From: Blasia pusilla
Taxonomy: Eukaryota
Direction: 5' to 3'
Length of the DNA stretch: 64,000 nucleotides
Assembly: GCA_050084515.1 (NCBI GenBank)
Contig: CM114271.1
Location: 34,472,001-34,536,000, forward strand
The position numbers were made by a program, and so were the translations under genes. Positions 33,601 to 46,406 of the stretch are shown here, piece by piece. The notes beneath the pieces are model-generated. The model saw nothing but the letters and a program-made list of their open reading frames with translations, was not told the DNA's origin and made no database searches. The number at the start of each line of letters is the position of its first letter. The stretch's first letter is position 1.

Positions 33601-34960
33601 AATTGAAATGGTATTTGTGATCTCCAAATTGATATGACAATCAAAGAGAGTACATAACAAAGGATTGTAAGGAACAACCCAACTATTGTCCAAACTTTGA
33701 TCGCACTTCATTTCCTTTATTCCATTATCCAACTTGTATCATAAGAATGAAGGAATAAATTAACATAGATACACCTTATAAAAAAATTAGAAGTTAGGGA
33801 AATTTTGAAAATCCAAAAGATGCAAAGCTTATTCATAGACTACATACCTTCGATAAATTGGATATCCATCCTCACTCTCCGTAGTTATGCTTGCAAAAGG
33901 CTTAGGATAAGCTTTGGTACACTTCTTGGTTTCCTTATTCATGTATGGAGCATTTGGATTGAGTTGTCCATATGGGCCATGAACCATGCAATTAGCCACA
34001 ATAGAATGAAGTCTAGGATGAGTGTTTGGATCAAAGATTTCAGAATATATTATATCATCGTAATTAGACGTTGAGCGTGGCTTATCCTTATGATGAAGAA
34101 TAATCAAAATATTTACATATGGTAAACCTCTTTTTTGGAATTCAACCACATGAATTCAACTAGCAACCCTTCCCAATATGTTCTTCTCGAGAATAAGTCT
34201 TAATAACTCTCTTTTAAAAATAAAATAAAAATACTCGCACAATCAAATCTGGTCTATCAGTAGGTTGTTAACCAAGTAATAGTGCTGAAATGATCTCCTC
34301 CCATTTAGGATTGCACGTCATTAGTATAAAGTAATGTGGTTTCCCATGTTGCCTCACAATCAAGGTAATATGTGGATAAAGTTTGTGTCCGTGGACATCT
34401 CCATGTCCGTGGACTTATGTTCTTCCTATGGAAGTACTTGCCGATATGGGCCCCTTCTTTCTCATTCCCCTTACTTGCCTTCATGTTCCATACTCCCACA
34501 TTTCTTTCTCCCTCCACCTCCACTCCCTCCTCCCTCATTGCTCCTCTCATCCTTGTCTTGCCTTCCATTATGGACTAAAAGTGTGGGTCCCACCTCTTGG
34601 AACCCATGTGCGTGGACATATCCAGACTTGTCCGTCTTAAGGAAGGACTTGTCCATTTTTGTGCAATCATGCTCACAATGGCCAATTCATTGTGATAAAG
34701 TTGATGCGTATGGCATGGACCTCCACTGAAAGAAGAAGGCAATACAATGCGCCTCCCAAACCTTGCACCATCTTTGTCACTTTGATATAGGACATCCTTT
34801 AGACCTTGATATAATTCAGCTCGCAACTCTTTTTGATTAAATTGAACCCAAGATAGTTGTTGCATCTCTACTGTAGCATAAAAATCAACCATGTACTCTT
34901 GAGTAAGAGGACCAAATAGAAGCAGACGATTATCGTCTTCGGCACAAGGGGAGATAATTA
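30697..34960 (-). mobile_element. Degenerate Helitron with intron-containing Rep/PIF1 helicase pseudogene
   Basis: Rep region: LRAELYQGL, GRRIVLPSSFSGGP, TCNPKW, VEFQKRGLP, MVHGP, WVVPYNP, KYLYKY. Helicase: Walker A-like FIDESGGTRKSFLY, IWDEAPM, FAMTINKSQ, FSHGQLYVALSRV. GT-AG introns, e.g. about 33054-32944. 3' subterminal hairpin remnant at 30699-30717. Confidence 0.92.
34361..34671. mobile_element. 311-bp non-autonomous hAT-like MITE inserted in the Helitron Rep gene
   Basis: Exact 8-bp TSD CTCACAAT at 34353-34360 and 34672-34679. CA...TG ends with weak TIRs. Excision restores AIVRQHGKP. Confidence 0.75.
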
Positions 34961-37439
34961 AAGTAGACAAAGGTGATTTTATGCTCATTTTAAGAAGAAT
35001 AAAAGAAACTAAACTTGAAAAAAAAAACTTTATTTTATCAAAAGAAATTGATCGAGAATATGAATCTAGAATACCCTTAAGGAGATAGCTGATATAGGCA
35101 AGGGTGCAATATTAAGGTATATAAAGAGTGTGAAGAAATGTGAGACTAATTGACCTAAGACAAAACCTCAAAAAGTAGATACCAAAAAATAAGGAAGAAG
35201 AAATAGAAAACCCAATTGCTATAGAAAGAACTAACTTGCCAAGACGATCATATTAAGACCAAGCCGATACTCTATGAGAAAGTAGCAAAGGAAATTTGAT
35301 ATACCAAAAAAGAGAATGTAAGGAGAAAGTGAAAGCCACCTACCACTGATATGAAGAGATGAGATTGTAAAGTTAGGCCCGAGATGTAACAAAAGATTGA
35401 GAAAAGCAAGAGGATCCCCTTGATTCGATTGTTACTAGTAGTCGTACCATAAAAAGAGCCTAAAGTGTGAAATTGAGTTTAGGGGTATGCGAGCGTATTC
35501 ATGAGAGGATGAGGGCCAACGATCCAAAGAACTTTGGCAAACTCCAACATAAGTAGAGAAAAAGGACCCAAGGTTAAGTTTAAGAAGACCAACAAATTGA
35601 ATATAAGATTGCAATGATTGGAAGAACTACTAGTAAAACACTTAACGGACCTCCATGTTCTCTCGTCCTCCCACCCCTCATTCGAATTTTCTTGTTGCTC
35701 TCTCTTGTAATTTTTTTTCTTTCTATTTTGACCTTTTCTGAAGTACCTGACTACGTAACCCAATAAGAATTCCGGGTTACATTTAGGGTAACCTGGTTCC
35801 GTTTGCTTTCTTGAACTTTTAGTAAAAAATATTAGAATTTAATAGGTTTTCTTCATCAAATCATAGAATTTCAAAAACTTTAAGTATGGTCAAGTTCAGT
35901 TGACTAAGTTTTACATTGCTCCGTGATTCAAGTTTGACTCATCATTGCTAACGAGAAGTTGGAATGCGGCACCGTCCCCCCCACCGGTACACCACAACGG
36001 GATCCACGGGACCCCAGTGTGAGGTACACTTTGGTCTAAGAGAACGACAAAAAGGACTTTCGGTACGTCCTTGAGAGGCCCCATATGGCTCCGCCAGTCG
36101 CGGTCCCGCGGACGGAGTATTTCCGTGTCTCATGATTACGAGAAACTTAGCGTAATCAAACGAAGCTAATAAGTCGGGGGTACGTACATAGAAGAAGCAC
36201 GTCCGGGAAATCTTGCAGAACTGTCCGGCGCTCCGTTGAGGCTTGAAAATATTCCCTGAGTCGGTATTGTGCGTCGTCAGCAGGTCTCCCTCCCACGCTC
36301 CCAGCGAAGGACGCGGGCCCACACATTCTCTCGCGTCCGTGGCGCCCGTACCACACACTTTCCTCTTGGGGCGCTGCCCAGCAACCCAGCGACCGACGGA
36401 CGGCCCTTCGCTGCCTTGCTAAGGGCTGGCCACTGTACGGTGCCCCCCTCTAGTAAAGGCTACTGTCTGGCATTCGTGTGTGCCAGAGAGTGCCCGACGC
36501 CGTGACTTTCGGTCACTCACTTGTTGGAACTTGGAACGTGCTGGGGTTTAGGGATGACTACTTCTTTAAACGGTTCTCGCTATTCTATCGGTTTGACGCC
36601 GATGTTATATCATAACCGTTGGGCTCAGCGCACGGGGGCGCCGAGAACACACGCGCCGCCCAGTAACTGACTGATTCCTTGTGTGAGACAACAAGGAAGG
36701 ACTGGGTACTTAGTCTTATCTTAGCTAGAACGGCCCCTCCGTCAATCAAACACAGGTTTCGGAGAGTTTTTTTTGGGAACGGGTTATCTCACTTATCAAT
36801 TTAATTCTTGGAGAGTACTTTTTGATTTGTAAAACATCTCGATCGGACAACAAGAAAATGGTTTTTACTCTCGGGCAGCGAGAAAAGAATATGTGTTGAC
36901 CATGATTAATCCTACACTTCCATGCGTGGCACGGGCTCCACATTAGTATAATGAAAAAAAATTGGGTCTACAAGAAACCCTCCTCGCGTGTAGACATATG
37001 TATTTTTAAGGATCTGTTATGATCTATTCTCTCGAGACATGAAATGTCATTTAGGAAATGCTCTTTAAAATTAGTAATTAAATTAAGGGGCAACATATTA
37101 GTTTTGATTTATGAATCCGTGTCCAAGTATCATCCAAAAGAGCTTATCTACAAACCATTTTTTTTTATTTTAGTTCAAGTGCAAGGAATAGTTGAGGAGA
37201 AGTTAAATGATAGGGAATTGTGGAGTGGGATAGTTGAAAGATTTAGCAAAGAAATGGGACATGATTTTAGTTTGCATTATGGAGATGGCACAACAAGAGA
37301 ATCCCAAATTCATTTAAGCCTCGTAGTAGGAGTGTAGGTCAACATTAAAAAAAAAATTCAGCCATTCGTAGCAATATTAAAATATTAGGGCATGAAATGG
37401 GGCGGATTATGGATCCACATGATTATGAGGATGGATCAA

Positions 37440-40400
37440 TGGTGTCGTGCGCATACACATCGCTGTCACTGAACACACACACAAACACGCACGATCCCAT
37501 GCTAAGTCATGGCATCCAAACAACGAGACAAAAGTACCAAAATATCTCCAATCGCCCCCCTAGCTGGTGGTTAGGTCCCTCTAACTCCAAATAGCCATCT
37601 ATCCCTACCTACCATGACATACATCTCTCGGACGGTAAGAGCAAGAAGTTCGGGTGCTCATGTGGCCCCATCATTGGTGGCCTTCTTGTCATCCATGTCA
37701 CAGACACAAGTCCGAATGTAGAACTACCTACTCTATATACATCTGGGACACATCCATCGTCCTTGAGGAACCCTAGTGAGAGGTGTTGTCAAGGTCCCTT
37801 GGGTATATTGTATGACCCATGTACTCAATCTGGTCGTAGAAGAACTTGCACTTGCCTGGATGTAGCTTTAGCCCATATAACTGCAATTGTCGAAACATCT
37901 CCTCTAGATGTTGCTCATGATCCTCAACCGTGGCGCTAAAGACTACGATGTCATCAATATAACACCTAGCAAAATCCAGACCTACCAAGATCCTATCCAT
38001 GACCGTGTGAAACTCAGTTGGGCATTCTTTAACCCGGATGGTAAGAACCGCCACTAGTACAAACAATCCTTTCCGTGAGGAACGATGCCCCAAAATGCCG
38101 TCTTCTCAATGTCCTCCAATCTGATAGGCAACTGATGGTATCCGGCTTGCAAATCCAATGAACTAAAGACCTTTGCATGCCCAATCGCATCAAAGATCTC
38201 CTCAAGGGTGGGCATGGCATACCTATTAGACTTTGTCTGCCGATTGATAGGTCGGTAATCTCCACACATCCGCCTATCCGTCCATTTTCCATGCACATCC
38301 TTCTTGGCAGGCATGATAGTGGCAGATGCATACTCTCCATCCGACATCTCCACTAATCCTGCTCCAACCAAGTCCTGGCTCCTACTCTGAATCAGAGCCC
38401 TCTCTATGTCACTGTACCTATAGGGTCGTCGGAAGATCGGCGTGTCACTCGATAACTCAATGCGGATCGCTGGACCCTTCAGCGTACCCAAATCATGCAA
38501 ACTAAATGCAAAACATCTCCTATAACTCCTAAGGAACTGATGTATCCAATGCAAATCTCCTCCTTTCAACTTAGGGCCCATATCTTGCTCCCAAGTCTCC
38601 ATCCTGACTATGGAAGGACTCTCCGGCGTGGATGTCGGTGGTTGCTATGGTGCAACTCCGTCTGGGCCAATAAAACTCTCATCTCCACGTGCAGTATCCA
38701 GAACCACGTTCGTGGCGTACCTGCAAAACATCCCAACGAGTCCAAGGGTGTCTCTCCCGATCACCCTTGGTGTGTCGATCTCCTCGGGTCTAGCCCCCAG
38801 CGACTGCCTCAACCGACTCGGTAGGCATGGGGCTCACCAACACAAATGCTGTGATGTGTCGCATCCTCAAACCACGCTGCTAAGCTATTCCTAAGCTAAA
38901 AAATCCATGTCAAGCAGTTCAGGTCCATCGCCTAACCCAAGACATGATGTTGTGATGCCTCTGATAATGATGGTACTACCGTCACTCTTGTGGGGAATCC
39001 CATCGCTCACTCTCGCTCATCGGCGTTGGGCTCCACCAACCTCTGTACTTGGTCATCCCAAAAAAAGCTAGGTCCGGCCTCCTTGAATGCATAGGAAGCG
39101 AGAAAACTCACCAATGTGGGAAAGGCTGCCTGTGGCCTGCCAATCCTGTTGACCACAATCAACGGCGGTGGATCATCGTGCCTCACTGCCTATGATCGCA
39201 AGCCTAGATCCAATATAGAATCCACCAACAAATCGCAGGAACGCTCCACTCTCGGGTAAGCCCTCCGCAACACCTCATGTGGTACCAAGTTGGTCCACCA
39301 AAGACGCGGGCGGTAGAACCTACACCCACCTCATCTAACAACACTGCCGGGCCAATCCGTGCGCGCACCTGATGTGCACTCGTCACCACGCGGGACCTTG
39401 AATCTCCCAAAATCGGCATATTCTCCAAAATATATGTTGGAGAACGAGGCCAATGCTCTTGTAAATCTCCCAAAACAATATGGACCAAGTGTCATCTAAC
39501 CCACTACCTTGTCCAATACTCGATTGGCCTTGACACAACCAACCACCAATGACCAAGTCTATGGTCCCTGCCCGTTCCAAGTCCTACGCCCCCAACAATG
39601 AAATGCCCCTTGGTAGAAAACTCTGGTTACCAGTGCAAACGTCGCGCTCCACGCGGTCTGCACATGCTCAGTGGCTGAGCGTCGAAGCTCCTCAGTCGAG
39701 CCCCAAAGCGGCATCTCTTCTCCACACACGGATGGGGCTACCATGACACTCCTCTACATGGCAATGTCAGGAACGGAAGTATCCATTGCATGGACATGTC
39801 CGTGAATCAAATCACTAGGCCAAGTGATGGCACTACTAAATACTGCTAAGGTCGCCATCTCTCTTGGCCGTCGCTCGATCACTGCACCTGTGAATCAAAC
39901 AGGTAATGAGCTAAGGTGTCCATCACCTGACTGCCATTCTAGTCTATAGGATGCTGACTCCTCCTAGTAATCCAGGGAAAACCCCATCGGGTATAACACT
40001 TCTCCACCAACCAAGACGTCGTAAGACTCTATATCAGTCACTATCGCCTTGGCTTGCACCACGGACTCATCTGTAGGATGTCCCAGGTGAATCCTCACCA
40101 TAAGCTCTTGTCAGGTGATATATTCTGTGGTACTCGCTCCATCCAAGGATGTCTGTATCCGGAATGGACAACACTCCACATCGACTCTCGTCAAGCCCAA
40201 TCCTCTGAATGACGCTTTCCCCAACATCAGGGGTTGCGCTCCTGAATCCAACACGACGCGCTGCGCTGCGGACTAAAAGATCTACCTCTTGGACTCACCA
40301 ACTGGAAGACCTCTCCCCAATTATCCAGCAACACAACACCAAGAGAAGCCATGGCACACTCTATCGCAGGTCTAGTCGGCACCTCCGCCATCCTAGCGGC

Positions 40401-43400
40401 CGCAGCCTACCTTGAATCTAACGTGGACGGCCCGAGCATCATCTCCAAGGGCAGTCCATCACCTCCTCTGCAATCATCTTTGAACGTGATGCAGTAACTC
40501 CAACTCCACGCTCACACAACATAGCGTCCAGCCAGAAAACCTCGGCGGGCGTACCTCCCAACGTCATAACATCGGAAGCAAAAAATAAAGGAGCGCGGTA
40601 CACAAGGGTGGCCGCCCCCAACAACGTGCTCGACACATGCCCCTCCTGAGCATCAACAATAGGAGTTGTTGCACTCGCTTCTCCCATCGCCCTCTGTGCC
40701 TGCACATCAACAATATCACCAACTCTCCAGGAACTCTGATCAGGACCCATCGATGGGGTCCTCATCGCCTCGGACAACGTGAAAGACTGAGGAAGCCTTG
40801 TCTATTTCCTGGCTTCCCCTCGATGTGGATCCAACTCTACGGCTGCTCCACGCATCTCAATTGCGGCGGCCTCCATTTGGGCAACCCCGCATATCCAACC
40901 AGGATCCTCTACATCTCTGGCTGCTCCATATGATGTGGATGCCACGGATCGGACATCGGGTAATCTCAATGCCATAGCGGCAATATGCTCCTGTAGCTGT
41001 TGTATCTAAGCAACCATCCTAGCCTCATGTCCGGCGTCTCCCTTGATGCGTCTAGGTGGTAGGACTCTACCTCCTCCACGGGCAGCTCCACCATCATGTC
41101 GGTCAACTCTTGCTCCTCGTCCCCCAACATGACCACTTGGTGCACGATCTCTACGCCCACCGGACTGACTACTCGCTCTGCTGCCCTCTCTTGCCCTCGG
41201 TCTGAATGTAACTCAGGGTATAAAATGAAATACCTGGTGCGTGTATGACAATATGGGTGACAATAGTCACATTGATAACCTCCTCGTGCAGCACCATCTC
41301 CGTCTCCATGCTGAGGCACACGTCCATGAACCTAACGAGTGCAATCACGGTGATGATGGGCTCCACCACATGACCAACAAGTAATCATAGGTGCTGTTGA
41401 GACGCATATGAAGGCGTAGGTCTCTATGGCATGGCCTCTCGGTATCCTCCCTGAGCTCGTGGTGCCATAGTCGACCTATCTCGGAGTCCATGTTACTGCA
41501 CTAGTGGTGCAGATAATTGTGACTGCTCTCGCCCTGAACCTATGGTGGCTACGCTCCCCTCTGCCATGTTGCACTCAATGTTCTTGGCGGACCTAAAAAA
41601 ATCTCTCAATGTAGGGGAGGTGTCCATAAGAAGCACCCCTCCCGCACCTTAGTCCGCAGGGTGCGGTTCAGCATCGCATACTATGACTGGATAGCCTGAG
41701 CCTCTGTCGCCCCTTGAGTGACGTTGATCAACCGGCACAAGCGAGTGTAAGCCTCATGCAAATTGTCACCTGGCGCCTCTGGAAGTTGTGGATGCTCCAC
41801 AACTGCTCTGTCCGTACCCCCTGGTAGCTCACCCTCAACTCAGCGAAGAACTCAACCACGAGGTTGAACCAGGGATGAACCTGACTAGACGGTGCAACTG
41901 CTCCAGAGCGAGTGACCCCTCCTAAAAAATCACTCGTGGAAGAGGAAGTAGCCTCTCTTGACTCCTCCTCATGTGGGAACGGCTCTGTCCATGACACATA
42001 GTCTGGGTCATAGTAGAGTTTCCATGCCTCAATCTCTTGGGCATATCTATGGGAGAACTCATGGTAATCGTCCATGGGCGCCCCCTCTAAATGTTGGAAC
42101 ATACCGTTTCATGTTGTAAACAAGTTGAACTCTCTAGAGTTCCTAGCCCATTGTGAGTCACACCAACTCCTAAACTCTGCAAGAAATCGTGTAGCTCTAG
42201 AGTGCCTACAACACCGTAAAACCTATGCGGTCCTCTACCCCGGTCGCCCAACTGGTAGGACCATTCAATGTGTATCGTGGATCACTAACACACTCCTCTA
42301 CATGCTCCCTATTTTCTGAAGATGACACAGAAGGAGATCGAGGCGGTCTCTCACGTAGAGACCCTCGAAACCTCGCACCACTCCGGGTAAACCCTCTAAA
42401 GCTACTCTCAAGTCCACTACCTCGCCTCTCAAAATCCCGAAAGGACGCCGTGATGGCCCTCTTGCCCCTTGTACCCCTCTCACACAATCACTCCCAATCT
42501 CGCGAGTAATCCCTCAATCACTCAAACTAAATATGCGGCACTCAATCTACACGCTTTCACTAAGACGTGTACTACGCAGCAACAAGCACTATGGTGCGGC
42601 AAATCAACTGATCTATCATCTCATTGACAAACCATCTATGTCCCCACACAGGTCTATGTCCCCTAAACCCATACATCATCAATGCTCTCAACATCAGCAC
42701 AAAATCCAATATCCCAAATAACTTCCCAATACACGGAAATCCCTCACACGTGCACGATAAGAGACCAAAATGGGTAACCTGACAATAATGTCAATGTTGC
42801 TCCTTGGAAACTGCAAATCTCGACCCTAACTTGGTCTTGAAGACAACTCCTCCAATCAGCAAGTCATACTCCTCTCGTATTGACGCTGCTCAAACCTCCT
42901 TGATGTGCGGTGCAAGTCCAGCGGTCTGGTGCGGCACTGGCGGCATGAAACGGCTACAAACGGCACGACACTGGGGAATGGGGTGTGGCACTCGGTGGCA
43001 TACCCTCCTCAACCAGAAATTCATACGCTTTGCTCCCTAGTGAAGGAGCGGCTCCGCGATCGAGATGGTGCGATGCGGCCACAAGCGGTATCGCCCCGCT
43101 ATCGGCAGCATGTTGCGGCTACGGGCGTCATGGCACAGTACCCTATCGTCCTTGAGCGGCTATCAATCACAACATAGCAACATGAAATGAAAAATCAAAC
43201 ACCAAGATCACCTGCCATCACTGGTTGATGAGGAAATTGAGATGGTGGCAGCCAAAACAAAGTACGTGTTGGCGGCGCAAGTAAGAGAATCAACGGTTGT
43301 CATGGAAGACCGTCCACTCCGTAATGGCAGCAATGGCAACCAAGGGTGGAGAACGGCCAAACGCAGCTCTGAGCAGCGCTAGGCGGCGGCGGCGGCCAAC

Positions 43401-44511
43401 GGTGGACGGTGGACCATGGACCGTTGATGGTGATGGTTGACCATTGACGGCGGACCGTTGACTATGATTATGACGGCAACGGCCGCCGCCAGCGCGGCGG
43501 CTGATTTAGGGTTTGAACAATTTAACCCTAAAAATCACCTAGCAATGGCAGGTTTGCAAGATTGACCATAAATTTTTTTTCTCGCAATTCCAAATTACGC
43601 ACCCTTTGTTGCACAACGTGCACAACTTCACGATCTACAATGGCGTCAAAAAATATTTTGAATCAGACATTCCAATAAAAACTAATGGGGATTGTCGTAA
43701 AGCCCAATGTCTCTTTCTCTTGCACAAAATTCGGCAGCGCTTCCGCGCTGATTTCTCCCAACGAAAATGTAAAACCTGTGAGAACACAAATCAAGAAGCT
43801 ACATGGTGCTCCCAAGAGCTCTGGCATGGAGCAATCCGCGCCCATACTCAAATCCTATTGAAAATTGGGCAGCGCTTCCGCATGCCACTCTTCCGTACAA
43901 AAAATCAACAAAAAAATAGCAAACTCGCACGGCTCTTGCTCTGGTGAGCACTCCCATGAGCCATGAAGCGGGGAACACGGTCCTCCAACCTGCACCAAAC
44001 ATCGAGCAACCAACGAGCTCCCCCATGAAGCTCTCTCACTTATTCATTCTCTATTTGTAAAATAAGATCCAATCTCTCTTACAACACATAGTTCTCACAT
44101 GTCTCTCTCAATGTCAAACCAAACCCACTCTCCTAATGAGAGGCTTGGATTACACTCACAAGGCAAGGGACCATAGCTCCGCCGCCTCATGCCAAGAGGT
44201 TCAACAAAGAGAGAATGAGCTCCCAAACTCTCTCCATGGTAACCTATGCTCCCAAGTCACCTCCTTGGCTCTTGACCTGATGTAGGAGGTCAAGGGCCAC
44301 TTACCAAAACTAGAAAGTTGATCATATACTCGAAATTGTACTTACCTAAAATAGTAAGTTCCTCAATATGACTCCAAATGAGCCGAAATGAAGGGGAAAC
44401 TCTCAGGTTTCCGGAGCCACAGCACGTCATCCTTCACCTACTAAGCCTACCCTCCACTACTCACGAAGGCGCTCTACTAGATCTCACTAATCTATACTAA
44501 AAGATGTGACA
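37440..44511 (-). mobile_element. Gypsy family with DNMT/PHD, copy 2: LTR/leader, gag, Zn knuckle, protease, DNMT, RT, deletion, PHD C-half
   Basis: Terminus TGTCACATCTTTTAG at 44511. gag about 42490-41200 with knuckle CDYCHPYCH. PR VVLDSGAQPLMLGK at about 40256-40215. MTase 39620-38900. RT (RMCGDYRPIN, LDLQAGYHQ, CYIDDIVVFS) 38560-37795. PHD C-half 37792-37739. Left boundary approximate. Confidence 0.9.
38900..39620 (-). pseudogene. DNMT3-like C5 cytosine DNA methyltransferase domain within Gypsy pol; disrupted, motifs I-III absent in this copy
   Basis: Manual translation gives motif IV DLVIGGWLCQG (39559-39527), GLDDTWSILFWE, motif VI YILENM (about 39434-39417), motif VIII RPRLWWTN (about 39312-39289), motif IX ERE*AMGFP (about 39018-38992) and motif X LG*AMD (38940-38923), in canonical order. 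Confidence 0.85.
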
Positions 44512-44737
44512 ATGGAGAATGATGGGTGCCTCTTGGAGTTACTACTTCACATATGTCAACAATCTTGTCCATGCCTGATGTTTAATATATATTAATATTG
44601 GAGAGTGCCTCTCCATTTTAAGATCATCTCTCTTTTTGACACATGTCCTTTTTAGCCAATAGAATCGCTCGCTATCTAAACCAATAGGATTACTCAAATT
44701 CAATTGTACACTTAGGATGGATAATTCAAAATTATAC

Positions 44738-44765
44738 ATCCGTGCATCGCAAGGATACACACTAG
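44738..44765 (+). mobile_element. Helitron 3' terminus (hairpin plus CTAG|T), likely from a non-autonomous element
   Basis: ATCCGTGC-ATC-GCAAGGAT hairpin, 5 nt spacer, CTAG then T. The same hairpin occurs in reverse at 30699-30717. Confidence 0.65.
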
Positions 44766-46406
44766 TTTTTATTGTGGAATAGTTGAATAATTCCTTGGAG
44801 GAGCATGACTTTTAAATATTACATGTAAATAATCATTTGGGACTTGCAAGGATTCATCACAAAATGCTAATTTCTTTTTGGTCAATTTTTCCTATGCGTT
44901 ACTAGTTCTTGTCTTATTTATTTGGCGGTGTACGTGGGCATAAGATGGATAATATACACACAAAGTGGAGGTGCAAATAGATGAATGTGTGTTAAATCAT
45001 TATCTTAACATAGAAAGTTGATAACACATAAGGTACAATTAATGACGGCTAATATGCCATGTTGGAAAAATGGCCATCGAGTGAAATATGAAGTGGTAGA
45101 TTAAAACGAAGACCTTACATTGCCGCGGTCTTGGGTTTAAGACCGCGTAGCCTAGGCCTTAGAGCCAGGCGCCTCGGTAGGGCTTTAGGATCGGCAATAT
45201 CCGGATAACGGTTGGTGGACAGGCCTGTTAAGCGCTCGGCAATCCGACAATGGTATACGTGGACGGGTCTCGCTTTTGGGTCATATCGGATATATTCGGA
45301 GGGAATTCCGTTCAACATCGCTCACTTTTGTTCCATGGGTGTGAATGCGGACATCGGATTGCCGTCCGTACGACGTGGGAGTGCCTACCGTCCGACGCTT
45401 GAGCACCATCCGTCCCCTTTTCCCGTCCCGTTCCATTTTCCGTCCACTTTTCCGTTTGTTCCGTTTTCCGTTCTGTGCTACGTTGTCGCCCTCGTCCCCT
45501 TTTCAAACAAAGCGGTCTAGATCGGATTAGCGCCAACGATTAGCCCTAATCTTTCGTGTTTAGGTCAGGGAAACCGGAATACTCTTGGCTTCGTATCGTG
45601 AACTTGCAAATGTGTCATGGATGATTAGCTCAGATTATCATATAATCTGGACGTGATTAGTGTAGATTAGTGACGATGAAAGATTGGATTAAGACATGAT
45701 TAATCCAAAGCTCCTTTCGTTTCGTAGTGATTTACATCCATAGATGATTGTTATCTCCAATGAGCGCAACGCCATTCAGATTTTGTAGCAGCTCTGTATG
45801 ATTTCGTTGCAGCCCATTTGGATTTCTTAGCAGCTCACGACATTTTCACTAGTATCACGACATTTTCACTAGTATCACATTTTGGTGTGTGAAAGGTATG
45901 CTCCTTTGAAGTTCCTTGCTCGAATTTCAATTATACATTCCAATGTTTCTCTGTGTGTTTAATTGAGCGTAGTAAATCATTTCCAAATGATTAACTTAAA
46001 CCGAATGAAACACTTATGTCTGCCATGCCCTCGTACACATGATATAATCACTTATAATAACCTCTCCCATGCCCCCAAAAGCAGGTATTGGATCGCAAAA
46101 GGAATTGTTTTATGATCCGGCCCAACCCCTAACAATCACGAATCCACCATGATCAGATTCTCCTCTTAGCAAGGTATCATTTTGGATTTCAGAACGGTTG
46201 GTGGTGATAGTAGGAATGATTTCTTTCATTTGAATATGATTGTAAGTAAAGCGGATGTTGAAATTATGCTGAAATTATTCTGATTTTCTTACTTGAACAC
46301 GGACTTCATTGTGTTCGCATTGTGATGTTGCGTCGTGTTATGTAGGAGTTAAATTCGTTAATCCAAGATCTTCCAAGATTTTCATAGTATCATTCCTACC
46401 TGTCTT

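Noticed and set aside
35050-35780. Possible non-LTR retroelement RT remnant on the minus strand (QGDPL-like at about 35410-35424); similar material at about 19000-19500
   Set aside because: A single short motif in heavily decayed sequence; too weak to call without a search.
36920-36947. Third Helitron-like 3' end (ccatgc-gtg-gcacggg...ttagt)
   Set aside because: Both the hairpin and CTAG are mutated and no 5' end was identified.
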